Shown here piece after piece: positions 45,210-60,440 of a stretch of 64,000 bases of DNA. The stretch lies in NCBI RefSeq assembly GCF_009914755.1, contig NC_060928.1. One strand, 5' to 3'. Source of the stretch: the human T2T-CHM13v2.0 reference genome, Homo sapiens. Numbering within the stretch: the first letter of the stretch is position 1; each line of letters begins with the position of its first letter. The notes below the pieces were generated by a model. That model saw nothing but the letters and a program-made list of their open reading frames with translations, searched no databases and was not told the origin of the DNA. The translations under genes and the position numbers were made by a program.

Positions 45210-46260
45210 ACCCAGAGATGTGCCTAGTTGTGGAGCTGGGAAACCTCCTTGACCCAAGCTCTCTGCATGAGGATGGGGGGCAGCCTAAACTCTTACTCCA
45301 AGAGAGTGGGTGCTCCAGAAGCTTGGAGATCTGCCTGGGTGTGGAGTAGAGAGAGCCCCCCTGTACCAGGATCTCCGAACAGGAAGGGTGGAGTGACTCA
45401 GGCTGCTATTCCAAATGAGCAGGTCCTTCAGATGCCTGGAGATCTTCTTGAGCATGAAGCAGAAAGAGACCCCCTGCACCTGTGTCTCTGCACAGGAAGG
45501 GTGGGCCATCTCAGGCTGCCAATCCAGGCAAGCAGGTGCTTTACATGCTTGGAGATCTACTCACCTGGAACAGAGGGGGCCTCGATATGCCATGATCTAC
45601 GCCGGGAAGGGTGCTTATGCTGCTGTTCCAGGCAAGCAGTTGCTCCCAATGCCTGGAGATCTGCCTGGGCATGAAGCAGAGTGTCCTCCCGCCCCATACC
45701 TGTTATCTGCACAAGAGGGTGGGCGGCTCAGTCTGCCAATCCAGGCAAGCAGGTGCTTTGAATGCCTAAAGATCTGCTTGGATGTGGAGTAGAGAGGGCC
45801 TCACTGCACTATGATCTATGTTGAGGGAGGGTGGGGCAGCTTAGGCTGCTAAACCAGATGAGTGGGTGGTCTGAATGCCTAGAAATCTGTCTGGGCATGA
45901 AGCAGAGAGGGCTTTCCTGTACAGAAGCTCTGTGCAAAAAGATTGAGTCAACTCAGGCTGCTAGACCATGCAAGCCAGTGCTCCAAATGCCTGGAGATCT
46001 ACCTCCCTGTGGAGAAGAGAGGGCCCCCCTGGTCCATAACCTATGTACAGGAAGGGTGGGACAGCTCAGGCTACTGATCCAGGCAAGGAGGTGCTCTGAA
46101 TACCTGGAGATCTGCCTGGGCATAGAGCAAAGATGGCCCCACTGCACCACAATCTATGTCTATGAAAAGACGGGCAGCCCAAGCTGCTGGTCCAGGCTGG
46201 CAGGTACTCCAAATGCCTGTATTTCTGCCTGGAGGTGAAGTGGAGTGGGTCCTGCTGCAC
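45210..46260. repeat. ~113-bp degenerate tandem array (~10 units) in the L1 5'UTR
   Basis: ggagatctgcctggg-like anchor at 45214, 45325, 45438, 45551, 45655, 45768, 45881, 45993, 46106 and ~46219. Confidence 0.85.
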
Positions 46261-47072
46261 CACGACCTTAGGGGAGCAGCCTGGGGAACCCAGCAATGAC
46301 ACACACAGACTGGTTCCAGGTGACCTGGAACTGCACATCTGGCCCTGGCTGCACATCTCATCTAGGAAAAACTGCTGCTGTAGCAGCTCTCCTCCCATCC
46401 CAGGCTTATGACAGGGAGAGCACAATTCCACAACCTACTGCTGAGGCACTTTCCACAGTTCTGTCTATGGAGGCCCCTACCACACTCCAGAGCAGACATT
46501 CCAATCTCTGGCCCAAGACAAATGTCTGCGTGGCCATACTGCTGAGGCACCAAAGAATGGCTGACTTTGTATCAGCCTGGATTAAAAGTGGCCTTCTGCT
46601 TTTGGTCCTAAATCTTGGAAATTGCCTGTAGCTTTTCCTGGTGTGTTTCCCTCACAGCATTTCCAAGCCTCTCCCCAAGTTAGCTTCAAGACCTGGGAGA
46701 AATGAAGTGTTCTCCCTTGGCCTAGGTCACTCAGCTCTCCCTGTAAGTCACAGAGGGAGGTTCTCTGCCTCTTTTGCATATGGGGGCTTCACTCACTTCA
46801 CTCACTCCTCCCCGGGATCTGGGATGTCCTTCATAATTCTGGTGGGTTCCTACTTTCCTTCTTGAATTAAAGCTTAGGGAGTTTATCTTTATGCACTATC
46901 TTGCTATTTCCAAGTGGCTGAGGCACACTAAAAGCCTCTAATCTGCCATCTTGAAAAAATAAAACAAACTAATCTTTGATCTTGATGCTGTGATTGGGTA
47001 AGACTTGTGTTGTCTTCCTTGGACAGGGAAGTAAGTATATTTTGCCTGTGGAGGGAAGGGAAGTGAATATTT

Positions 47073-47511
47073 GTGACAAAAAAAAACTTGGACTGAAGTC
47101 AACTGCATTATTGTTCTCAAATATTCACACTCCACTCTTTACTCCTATGAGTGGAATAACTGCCTTGCTTCACTGATGTTGGTCTTACCTGCGGGACTCA
47201 CTTTGGCTTACAGAATGGGATCAGATGTTGGTCTTACCTACAGGACTCACTTTTGGCTTACAGAATGGGATCAGAGGTTCAACTCAGCATTTCCGGCTCT
47301 TCTTCTTTGCTGTAAAATAGGGATGTCCCACACAGGAACTCTTCCTGCAATCTGGTGCCAGAATGAAACACACCCCTCAGGCATGAGCTGAGGCACCACT
47401 AACCTAGAGCCTTCATTTCACGAGAATGTGAAATAAATATTTGGGGTTTTAAACTACTGAGATTTGGGTGGCCTTATTAACCCAGCATAACCTATCAGAG
47501 CTGGTTAATAC
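47073..47511 (+). mobile_element. Old MaLR LTR (MLT1H-J-like) with 49-bp tandem duplication
   Basis: aaataaatatttggggttttaaactactgagattt...ttaataca; duplication 47175-47273. Confidence 0.6.
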
Positions 47512-47514
47512 AAT

Positions 47515-47916
47515 CAGTTCTAAAATCAATTTGGCAACATCTAGTTAATTTGAAGATGTACATAGTTTATAATCTACTAATTCCACTTACAGTTATATAC
47601 TCTAGAAAAACTTTTATACATGGGCACAAAAAGATATACACAAGGTTGTTATTGAAATGTTTGCAAGAACTAAACATGTAAATAATCTAAATATCTATCA
47701 ATAAGAAGTATATACATTTAGTATATACATGGGATACTATACAAAATTTTAAATGATTAAATTGGGTATAATAAAATTAATACCAATATTTAAAGCAATG
47801 TGTAAAAAAATCATGTTGCCAAAGTATAGGTGTGATACCACTTGTAGTAAAGTTGTAAACACAAAAAAGTTATAAATATTATTGAAATACACACACAAGT
47901 TATAAATATTATTGAA

Positions 47917-47955
<39 letters not shown>

Positions 47956-48170
47956 GGAAACATAAATGGCAAGGGCATACCAAACTCAAGACAGTAGTTG
48001 CCTTTGCAGAGAGAAGGATAAATGAGATCAGGAAAGGATTTAAAGAAGACTTCAAATATGTCAATTTTCTCTTTCATATATCCGAAATCCCGATTGGCAA
48101 AATGTCAACACTCGTTAAATCCAGGTGTGTGGTAGCTATTTTTTCTGATTATTTCTATATGTTCCATTAG
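47515..48170 (+). mobile_element. L1ME3/4-like 3' end with (CA)n
   Basis: aatttggcaacatctag..., ctaattccactt, (CA)n near 47920-47947. Confidence 0.6.
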
Positions 48171-48314
48171 AACAATCTTTGTTTAATCTGATGCCCATTT
48201 CAATTCATACTCTTTTGAAATATGTCTTCCCCAAATAATTCTTTAGCTGCTTGTATATATATTCTACTTTCACTATACTATTAACATTAAAGACAAGTTC
48301 TACTTGTTATACTG

Positions 48315-48640
48315 GGCAGTGAGGCAACATGATATAATGAAAATATTGTGCACTCTGGACTCAGGGAAGCTTAGGCCAGATTCTTGGTTTGAACAAGCTG
48401 CAAATATCTAAACTCTCTGTGGTTTGGTTACTATCCTACAATGTCATAATTAAGACAAAGTCATTGCTATATCAAAAGCACTTAATAAATAAAAATGATT
48501 GGGTGATAATAATGATATCTAATTTATATTGAATGTTTTCTTTATTCTGTGAACTCTTTCAATCACTTAAATTGTATTCTTAATGCCTCTCTGCCCAACA
48601 TTTATTCCCATTTTACAGATGAGGAAACTGAAGAGGTGAA
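48315..48640. mobile_element. Two MIR fragments (+ then -)
   Basis: gaggcaacatg...ctctggactcag; attcccattttacagatgaggaaactga. Confidence 0.6.
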
Positions 48641-51600
48641 AACTTATTCATCTGAGTTTTTACTTTATTCAATACTTGTTGTATTAATTCTTATAATATC
48701 CTACATGGCCCTAAAATGGTAAAGAAATGAGTAGAACTTCCTGGAAAAAGGAACCTATATTACAATAACAACCCAACTTATGCACATTTATCTTAATACC
48801 TGAGCACTCAAAAAACATCTATTCAAAGATATCCTTGGCATAAAGATGTTATCTGCCGTTCCCTGTGTGTTTTCCAAGCCAATTTATGGTCTCCTATGCA
48901 TCCTAGTGTTTCAATAAATACAAACCAACAGATTAATTATACATTGATGTGGGATAAAAGGTGAAATTATATTTCTTTATCCTATAAAAGGTGAACATAA
49001 CTTCGCCTTTTATCCTATATGTTCTTGAGGAGAAAGCAGACAAAAGCAAATTTGGGGGGCTAACAAAATGAACTTTAGGCTTATTATTTTCTCTTTTGTC
49101 CAGTTTTAAATCTTACTTTAGCACATTGCAGTGACAAAAGCCCACCAAAGATTTGTCATTTCAGCACACAAAAAAAGTCTAAGATATTCACTTCAATTTA
49201 TTTGAGCTACTTTATATCCCACATTTATGATTTGTCTTCACACCTAGTCTGTTTAACTTCGCACATAATTCCTTCATGGGATGGTAATTTGTAATATAAT
49301 GACTAGATTATATTAACCTTCAAGTCATTCAATAAAAATGATGTTTGAAAAACAAAATGTCTTAGTATCCTCCAAGGGCCCTCTATTCCTGGTTGAATTT
49401 TAAAATCATTTCAAGCCTGATGTTGTCTTTATATCTCTCTAGTCCAGGCTAAACCCTATGTAAATAGTTTTGAAGGTTTAGGTTCACTTGTTTTGCTTAC
49501 AGAAGAAAAATAAATGCAGTTTCACTGTAGCTGAATTTTATTAGCATTTTCACATGAATCAAAAAATTACAACTTATTGGGATATTCAATCAGTAATGTG
49601 GCATTTCTGACACATATTCACTTGATTATTTCATTTAGGTAAAAATACTTCAGGCAAAGCAATAGTTCCAACCTAAGAAAGTTAAAAACTTTCTGCATTA
49701 AATCATTTAATTAAAATGTGTTTATGTTTATCTCTGCAGTGAATAATTTGGCAGAATTTTTAATACCAACAGAAAAATGGATCATGATGAAGTATGATTT
49801 AAAATATTTTAGAAACTTAGAAAAAATAAAAAATGAAAACTTGTTATTTCTTGCCAACTCATTGGCTCCAACAAAACCAGTAATAGCCACCATCAGTTTT
49901 ATCAAAGACCACATTTTCAATTTTAGTACCTTATAGTTACTAATGAAAGGAATAAACTAGTACCTTCTAAAAACCTTCATACTATCTGGCCTAGAATTTG
50001 TATTTCAGTAGATGCAAATAAGTCAAGGAACAGGGAATCTGCAAAGCAGACAAGTAATTAAAACAGGAAAAAGAAAAAGAACAATTCAAACAAGTTTGAT
50101 TAAAATCATGCCAAAGGGAAATGAGGCTTTGGATTATAAGGAGGAGCTGAAAGGTATTTCTAGATCACTGTTTCTGTCTCTGGTACTTGAATGTGGATGG
50201 GGAATCTAATGATAGCTATGTTCTTTTCTTAGAAATTACCCTTGTTTGGAGAACTTAAAAAATTATCAGATGAGAACTCACAGAAGGTAAGTAAAGGGAA
50301 AAACCAATAGCTCCATTACCTCAAAAGAGAACTCCACTGGACAATTTGAGAAAATTGAAGACTGTGCCAGCTAATTCATTTCTCTAAATTCAGCAGTAAT
50401 AGGCAGCTGAAAAAGAATTATAATCTAGGACTACCTGTTTCAAATAGCCATATGTTTTTTAATATCTCTGAGATTCTCCTTAGCCATTTTGTGATACGAG
50501 TTTTATTTTAAGGTGGCTCAAATTCTCTTAATAAGTAGAAAATAATGACAAATGAGCACACTCCAAATTCAGTCTTTTATCATTTTAATTAAATATGTCA
50601 GTGGCCTTTCCTTTTAGCAGAAAAATATGAAATGTATGTGGGGAATAAATCAAGAAAACTTTCATGGATATTATGGAGCAACTTAGTTCTTTATGTTTGC
50701 TTCAAATCCATGTGGAAATAGATAAGGCACAAATACTGAATAAGTTAATTTATCTGAAGCTTATAACAATGTCAAATATATTACTTTTATAAGGGATCTT
50801 TCTGAAACAACACATTAAAATACCATCTGAAATTGGTTTCTCTAGACCCTGACTAGCCATCTTCTTACATATTTTACTCCAAAACCTTTTTCTGTACAAC
50901 ATGCGATTGTTTCTCTCTCTTTTAAAATATATTAGGATCTGAGAAAAGAAATATATTTTGACTCAGATATACTACAAATTGAAGGCCTCCAATCTGGTCA
51001 ACATAATCCACCACATTAAATGTTCAAGTTTAATTGGCTTGTCTCATTAAGGATAATTAGTTAAGGCTATAAATGACTTACCTCACTAAGGATGAACAGT
51101 TAAGGCTATAATTAAATCCCCATTCCTGTGGCCAGGTCTTAGGAAAACATAACCAAAAGACAGCTAAGCCCCTCAATTCCAGTGTAAAGGGCCTGATGCA
51201 GAGGAAGAGGGAAAAGCTTGTCTTCAGTGCTGGTTTGCTGAGTATGTGTGTATTCACACAGGGGAAACTATAAGAGATATGAGGCCCCTTCATAGGATCA
51301 GGCTGGCTCCACATCTGTTCTAGTCTTAAGATACCTTGAGTCCCAACTCTACTTCCTGCTTTTCCAGTGTGTGGAACTATGCCAGCAAACATGTTCCAGG
51401 AGGAGCCATTAACAACTCATATTCATAATCCACATGTCTTCCATGGGAAAGAATATTCTGCATGGCAGTGACCTTCCTAACTTAGCATTAAACAGGAATT
51501 ATTCTAGGTATATGTTAATATTTCATTTAATCCAAGGGCAGGGATGCAAACAGGCTTCAAGAGCTACTCAATGAACAAAGCACTAGAAAGCCATTTGGAA

Positions 51601-51649
51601 CCAAGGAATCTATCCTTTCATAGTTTTCAAGGGCATGAGGTTTCAAACT

Positions 51650-51755
51650 TCTCTCCCTCCCTTCCTTCCTCATTCCTCCCTCCTTCCCTCCCTCTCTTCC
51701 TTCCTTCCTTCTCTCTCTCTCTCTCTCCTCACCTCCCTCCTTTCATCTCTCTCTG
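51650..51755. repeat. CT-rich low-complexity tract
   Basis: ctccctcccttccttcc...ctctctctct. Confidence 0.8.
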
Positions 51756-52185
51756 TGTGGACCGAAGTTCTAAGTTCTTTTGTTATTTCCATGCACATCT
51801 GAAGCATCTTATATGTATGAGGTACCTGTGGCTCTTAAATGACCAAGATACCTAGTGTGTTTCACTTTCAATTTCAAATTCACTAGATATAGAATTAAAT
51901 ATAGAACAAGTGGAATTGCGTGCTTATCCCTAATCCAATCATTTATGGCCGGGGAGATTTGGTTCCATACTAGATAATGGCAGCTGAGATCCATTTCTGT
52001 AGGTTAGGAGTAGATTATAAATAAAGGATGTTGTATGTGGGTCCAACGACCCAAAAAGTATCTCTTTTATTGAGTCATAGAAAGTTGAATCACGCGAAGT
52101 TTAGCTAGCCATTCCTATCTACATTAAAGAAATTTAGAATTATACCCTAATTCAGTATCTTTCTACAGGTGGCCAAAGACTGGTA

Positions 52186-52460
52186 TAAATATCTATCTAG
52201 TTCATATATCTTTATTTATATTTATCTATTGATTGATCTATCAATCTGTCTATATGTGATCTATACTACACATATCTATATCTTTCTATTGATTAATCTG
52301 TTCTATACTAGATATATATGTCTATCTTTATCTATTGTAGGATATAGATGTATATAGATATGTTTAGTAGATATATATATAAATATATTTAGTATATCTA
52401 TTTCTACACCTCTTTATATACATTGATAGAGATAGAGATAGATATATCTGTTATAGATCA
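52186..52460. repeat. Degenerate (TCTA/GATA/TA)n tract
   Basis: atctatctag...tatctatt...gatagagatagagatagatata. Confidence 0.7.
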
Positions 52461-53094
52461 CATTGCAATTGCCAAAAGTTCAGCTCTTTTTCCAGATAGG
52501 CCAGTGCCAGGATATGTTCAGAGGACTCTTCTTGGTAATCCTGTAGTAGGCAACTGCTACCACTCTGGTGGAATGATGAATCAATCATATCTGCAAGGAC
52601 TGACAACAGCAGGACCGGGCAATCTCCAGGAACCTGATACAGCCTGGAGGCGGGCAACTATGGTGCCCCTTCTGGCCATATACCTGCCTGACTTGATTAT
52701 TACCATAGGAATACATAGTTTGAAGAAGGCTTGAAAACAATTACAATGGACCAGGTGCTACCCAGCAGAAAGAGAAATTTAAGGGACCCCTTTTACGGCA
52801 GAGTGCATCTAATGCAAGAAAGTAATTGTAGAAGAAACTAACTCTTCCATCAAGCTTTGTATCATATTATACATCAGATAAGCTCATCAACTGTGAAAAT
52901 TTTAAGCTTTATGCCTCCCTACTTGAAGGCTCTTTTGAACAACATCTGCTGGAGTTCTTCAACCAGTAAATAAAGTTATTATGCAGTCCATATTTTACCT
53001 TTTGTTCATAAAAATGATTCTTAAATTTTTTTCATAAAATTCTTTCTTCAAGTTGAGATAGGCTACATGTCCAAATTAAAGACAAATAAAAATA

Positions 53095-55045
53095 TATCAG
53101 CAATTATATTACATGTGAGTGAAATAAAACTGCAAGACAAAGTTTGTCAAGCTGGGTTAAAGAAAGCAAAACAAAATACTTCTTATACACCTAAAGTTGA
53201 AAGTAAAAGGATGGAAAATATATAAAACATTAACAAAAGGACAATTGCTAATACTGTATTAATGTAAGACTCAGTACAATATATTTAAAGTACTAATAGA
53301 CACAAAATGATTAACTTAAAATGGTCAGTTCAACAGAATATTAAAATCTTAAGTTTGTATGCATAAAGTAGAATGATTCAAAAGGAAGAAATAAAACTTT
53401 TTATTGCAGATGCTGTAATTGTGCACTTGGAAAATTGAAAACAATCAACATATAAGTTTTTAAAACAAATACAGTAAATACATTTTGTGAGATCACTGGA
53501 TGTATTGTCAATATACAGGAATCAATTATGGTGTGTGTGTGTGTGTGTGTATGTGTGTGTGTGTGTGTGTGTGCAACAAACAAATACCAATTTAAGAAAA
53601 ATACTGTTTTTAAGACCATCAAAAAGCACCAAACGCTAGGAGAAAAACTAATGAAAGTTGTGTATGAGCTCTACACTAACAACTATTAGCTATTACCAAG
53701 AAAAATTAAGAAAGACCTACATAAATGGATATGTTTAACATATTTATGGATTAGAAGAAACAATATTTAAATCTGTCAGTTCTCTCCAGATTAATCTGTA
53801 GCTTCAAAATAATTCCAATGGGGTGTGTGTGTTTGTGTGTGTGTGTGTGTGAAAATCAACAAACCAAGTATAAAATGTATATAAAAATGAAAAAACCCAG
53901 ATTAATAAAGATGATCTTGAAGATCAAAGCTGGAGGTGTTACACTACTGGATTTTTAAGTCTTATAAAACTACGTTAATTAAAACTGTGATTTTTGAAGC
54001 AAGTTTAGATAAATTAACCAAGGAATAGAAGAGAATTCAAATTGTATCCATACTTATAAGGCCATCTGAATTATGATAAAGATGTCATTGTAATGCAATG
54101 GGGAAAATTGGTTGTTTCAATAAACAGTGCTGCATCAGTTGAATACTAGGCCTTACTACTATTTCACTCTGTTCACAAAAATAAATTTCAGGTGGATTAC
54201 AAATCTAAATATGAAATATAAGACAATAAGTCTTCTAAAATAAAATCTAGGAGGATGACTTCAAGAACTCAGGTTTGCAAAGATATCTTAAACAAAACAC
54301 AGAGAGCCCTAACCACAAGAGAAAAGACTAGTAAGTTGAGTTTTGTTCAAATTAAGGAATTCTGTTCATTTACACACACTATTTAGGAAGTGAAAACATA
54401 AGCTACAGAGTGGGAAGACATAAATAATTTCTACAAAGCAATAAGTAAAATTAACCCAATTTTTTAAATGAGCAAAATACTTTACAAAGTAGTGTGATCA
54501 AATGACTAATAAGCATATGAAAAAGTGGTCAAAAACATTACATATGAGATGAAAATGCATTAAAACCTCTGTGAGATAATACTAGAAACCCATCACAATT
54601 AAAACCAATCAAAAGTAAAAGGTTTGACAACCCCGGGTTTGGGTGAGGGAGTAATTGGCTTTCTAATACTGCTGGAGGGAATGTAAATTAATACTTACTG
54701 CTTTGGAAAATTAGCATTAACAAACTGCTGTGACACACAACAACATGGATGAATCTCACAGATACTATGTTGAGCGAAAAATGTCAGACACCAAAAATCA
54801 CAGATAGTATCATTCCATGTGTGTGCAGTTAAAAAGCAAGCAAAACTAACCTCCAGTAATAGTAGCTGGGATAGCATTTACTTTTTAAGGGTTACTGACT
54901 GGGAGACAGCAAAAGGAAGCTTTCTGCATAATGCTCTCCATTCACGGTCTGAGTGGTGGAAATACTCATTTTTAAAATTCTTCTAGCTTTACTCTTAAGA
55001 TTGATATACTTCATTGTATATATGGTATAGCCCAATTAAAATGTC
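53095..55045 (+). mobile_element. L1ME1/2-like element (EN piece, RT/C-terminus, 3'UTR) with (TG)n inserts
   Basis: ttgaaagtaaaaggatggaaaa; ttattgcagatg; caacatggatgaatctcacaga; (TG)n 53531-53573. Confidence 0.65.
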
Positions 55046-55536
55046 TGTAAAAGTTATCTGTTGAAAAAATGGTTTGCTAGAAGACAAAATAATAAAATAA
55101 CAAAAATAAATAAACCATTTGTAAAAGTTATCAAAGGAAAACAGAATGTTAATTTACTCTGGGTCATTTTTAATAATATAAATTGTCTTTTTAAGGTTTA
55201 TAACATGATGTTTTAATACACACATACATAGGGAAATCATTACTATTGTCAAGCTTAATAACATTATACATTTCCTCACATAGTTACTATGTGTGTGTCT
55301 ATATGTTCCATGAGAGCACCTGAAATCTAGTCCCCCAACAAATTTCCGGTATATAATACAGTATTATTAACTATAATCATTATGCTGCACATTAGTTCTC
55401 TAGACCTACATACCCTACATAATTGCAACTGTACCCTATGACCAATATATCTCCTCCACTTCCTCGCTTCTGGTACCATTTTTCTACTCTCTGTTGTTGC
55501 AAATGGCAGAATCTCTTTTTCTTTAAAAGGCTGAAT

Positions 55537-55600
<64 letters not shown>

Positions 55601-55618
55601 TGTGTACCACAATTTCTT

Positions 55619-57816
<2,198 letters not shown>

Positions 57817-58611
57817 GAAACTGAAGGAGATAGAGACACGAAAAACCCTTCAAAAAATCAATGAATCCAGGAGCTGTTTTTTTCAAAAGATTAACAAAAT
57901 ACATAGGCTCCTAGCCAGGCTAATAATGAAGAAAAGAGAGAAGAAGCAAATAGACACAATAAAAAATTATAAAGGTGATATCACCACTGATCCCACAGAA
58001 ATTCAAACTACCATCAGAGAACACTATAAACAACTCCACAGAAATTAATTAGAAAATCTAGAAGATATGGATAAATTCCTGGACACATATACCCTCCCAA
58101 GACTAAACCAGGAAGAAGTCGAATCCTTGAATAAACCAATAACAGGTTCTGAAATTGAAGCAGTAATTAATAGCCCATCAACCAAAAAAAGCCCAGGACC
58201 AGACGGATTCACAGCCAAATTCTACCAGAGGTACAAAGAGAAGCTGGTACCATTCCTTCTGAAACTATTCCAATCAATAGAAAAAGAGGGAATCCTCCCT
58301 AACTCATTTTATGAGGCCAGCATCATCCTGATAGCCAAACCTGGCAGAGACACAACAAAAAAGAAAATTTCAAGCCAATATGCCTGATGAACATCGATGC
58401 AAAAATCGTCAATAAAATACTGGCAAACCAAATCCAGTAGCGCATCAAAAAGCTTATCCACCAAGATCAAGTCGGCTTCGTCCCTGGGATGCAAGGCTGG
58501 TTCAACATACACAAATCAATAAACATAATCCATCACATAAACAGAACCAAAGACAAAAACCATATGAATATCTCAATAGATGCAGAAAAGGTCTTCGATA
58601 AAATTCAACAC
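57817..58611 (+). mobile_element. Same L1PA7, inverted 5' segment (ORF2 linker to RT)
   Basis: [17 protein letters not shown]..., [17 protein letters not shown]; TSD cacaatttctt at 55608-55618 and 58609-58619. Confidence 0.92.
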
Positions 58612-60204
58612 AATTTCTTCTTTATCCAGTCATCCAGCATTGAACACTTACGTTGTTTCCATATATTGGCTATTGTGACTAATACTGCAATGAACATGGA
58701 AGTGCAGGTATCTCTTCAAGATACTGATTTTACTTTCTTTGGCTATATACCCAGAAAAGGGATTGCTGGATCATATAGTAGTTCTACTCCAGTTTTTTTA
58801 GAAACCTTCATATTATTTTCTATAATGCCTGCACCAATTTACATTCCTGCCAACAGTGTACAAGGGTTCCTTTTTCCTCCACATCCTCGCCAACACTTAT
58901 CTTTTATCTTTTTGATAGTAGCCATCCTAACAGGCAGGAGATGATATCTCATTGTGCTTTTGATTTGCATTTCCCTGATGATCAGTTATGTTAAGCACCT
59001 ATTGGCCGTTTGTATGTCTATTTTTGGAAAATGTCTATTTAGTTCTTTTGCCCGTTTTTAAATCAGATTGTTTGTTTTTTTAGCTATTGAGTTTGAGGAG
59101 TTCCTTATATATTTTGAACATTAATCCCTTATGAGACATATGGTTTGCAAATATGTTCTCCTACTCAATTGGGCTGCCTTTTCATTTTATTGATTGCTTC
59201 CTTTGCCATGCAGATGCTTTTTAATTTGATATGGTCCCACTTGTTTGTTTTTTTTTTGTTGCCTGAGATTTTTGTGTCATATTCATGAAATCATTGGAAA
59301 AATCAATGTCATAGAGCTTTTCTCTTATGTTTTTATTTAGAAGTTTTATCGTTTTAGGTCTTACATTTAAGTTTTTAATTCATTTTGAGTTGATTTTCTT
59401 ATATGGTTTAAGATAAGAATCCAATTTCATTCTTTTGCATGTGGATATACAATTTTCGCAACACCATTTATCAAAGAAACTATCCTTTCCCCCTTATGTA
59501 TTCTTGGCACCCTTGTTGAAAATTAGTTAACCTTATATGCTTAGGTTTATTTCTGTGCTGTCTATTCTGTTTCACTCGTCTGTGTGTCTGTTTTTATGCC
59601 ACTTTTGATTTGATTATTATAGCTTTGTAATGTAATTTTAAATAGGAATTGTAATGCTTCCAACTTTGTTCTTCTTTCTCAAGATTGCTTTGGCTATTTG
59701 GGGTCTTTTGTGGTTCCATATGAATTTTGGAATTCTTTTATATTTCTATTAAAAATGCCAGTGGAATTTTGATAGAGTTTGTGTCAAATCTGTCAGTACA
59801 GGTTACTTTTATTTTCTTCTTTCTAGTTTTTCATAATTTCCAATTTTTTCCATTAAGCATATATTTAGTGTGCATTAATAAAACAACAGTTATTTATAAC
59901 AACAAAAACAAATTCATTCTTTTATCATGAATCCATAGAAGTCTTAAAGTCATTTGGCAGTAAACACAATGTATCAATTTAAATATTAAAGAGCTCACAT
60001 TTCATTTTATAACACAATAATTTTTAGACCATATCAGTACATATTGCTGTTACAATAGACTAGAGATGATCAGTTCTCCTAGGTCAATATAAGGATGACT
60101 ACAGCATTACGTTTTCTTCCTTCCATGGACTTATTGTCTAGATGGCTTAGTGTTTTCCTTTCACACATGTTTGTTTTGTAAGTCTTTGCTGCCAGGATTT
60201 TAGT

Positions 60205-60440
60205 ATTCTTAGCAATTAAGTGCAGAGGTTCCTGAACCAGACTATGTATATTCAGATTCTCCATCCACCACTTAATAAGCATGACCTTAGGAAAATTACA
60301 TAGCATCTCTGTTGTTAAGTGTACTTATAAATAAAATGAAGAGGAAAACAGTAATAGTTTCCTCATTAAATGTCTAGATGCAAAGAGCATAAAATGGTAC
60401 CCAGCACATATAAGCACTTGATAAATGTTATCCATTATTG
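60205..60440 (+). mobile_element. MIR
   Basis: catgaccttaggaaaattacatagcatctctg...cagcacatataagcacttgataaatgtta. Confidence 0.65.

Larger units (their letters stand above)
49777..52734 (+). other. Candidate spliced ORF (exons 49740-49791, 50233-50286, 50618-50633, 52496-52734+), 107 aa, unidentified
   Basis: AG/GT sites with pyrimidine tracts, compatible phases, strong Kozak, AATAAA 52969-52974; no recognisable homology; prediction only. Confidence 0.3.

Noticed and set aside
45210-46260. Regularly spaced repeat resembling a CRISPR array
   Set aside because: Whole 113-bp units are homologous (no unique spacers), there are no cas genes, and it lies in a eukaryotic L1 5'UTR
45228-46631. Cluster of 110-148-aa overlapping ORFs with repeated motifs
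   Set aside because: Translations of the 113-bp L1 5'UTR array
49711-49936. Overlapping 69-aa (-) and 72-aa (+) ORFs
   Set aside because: Short AT-rich frames without homology; the + ORF crosses candidate splice sites in another frame
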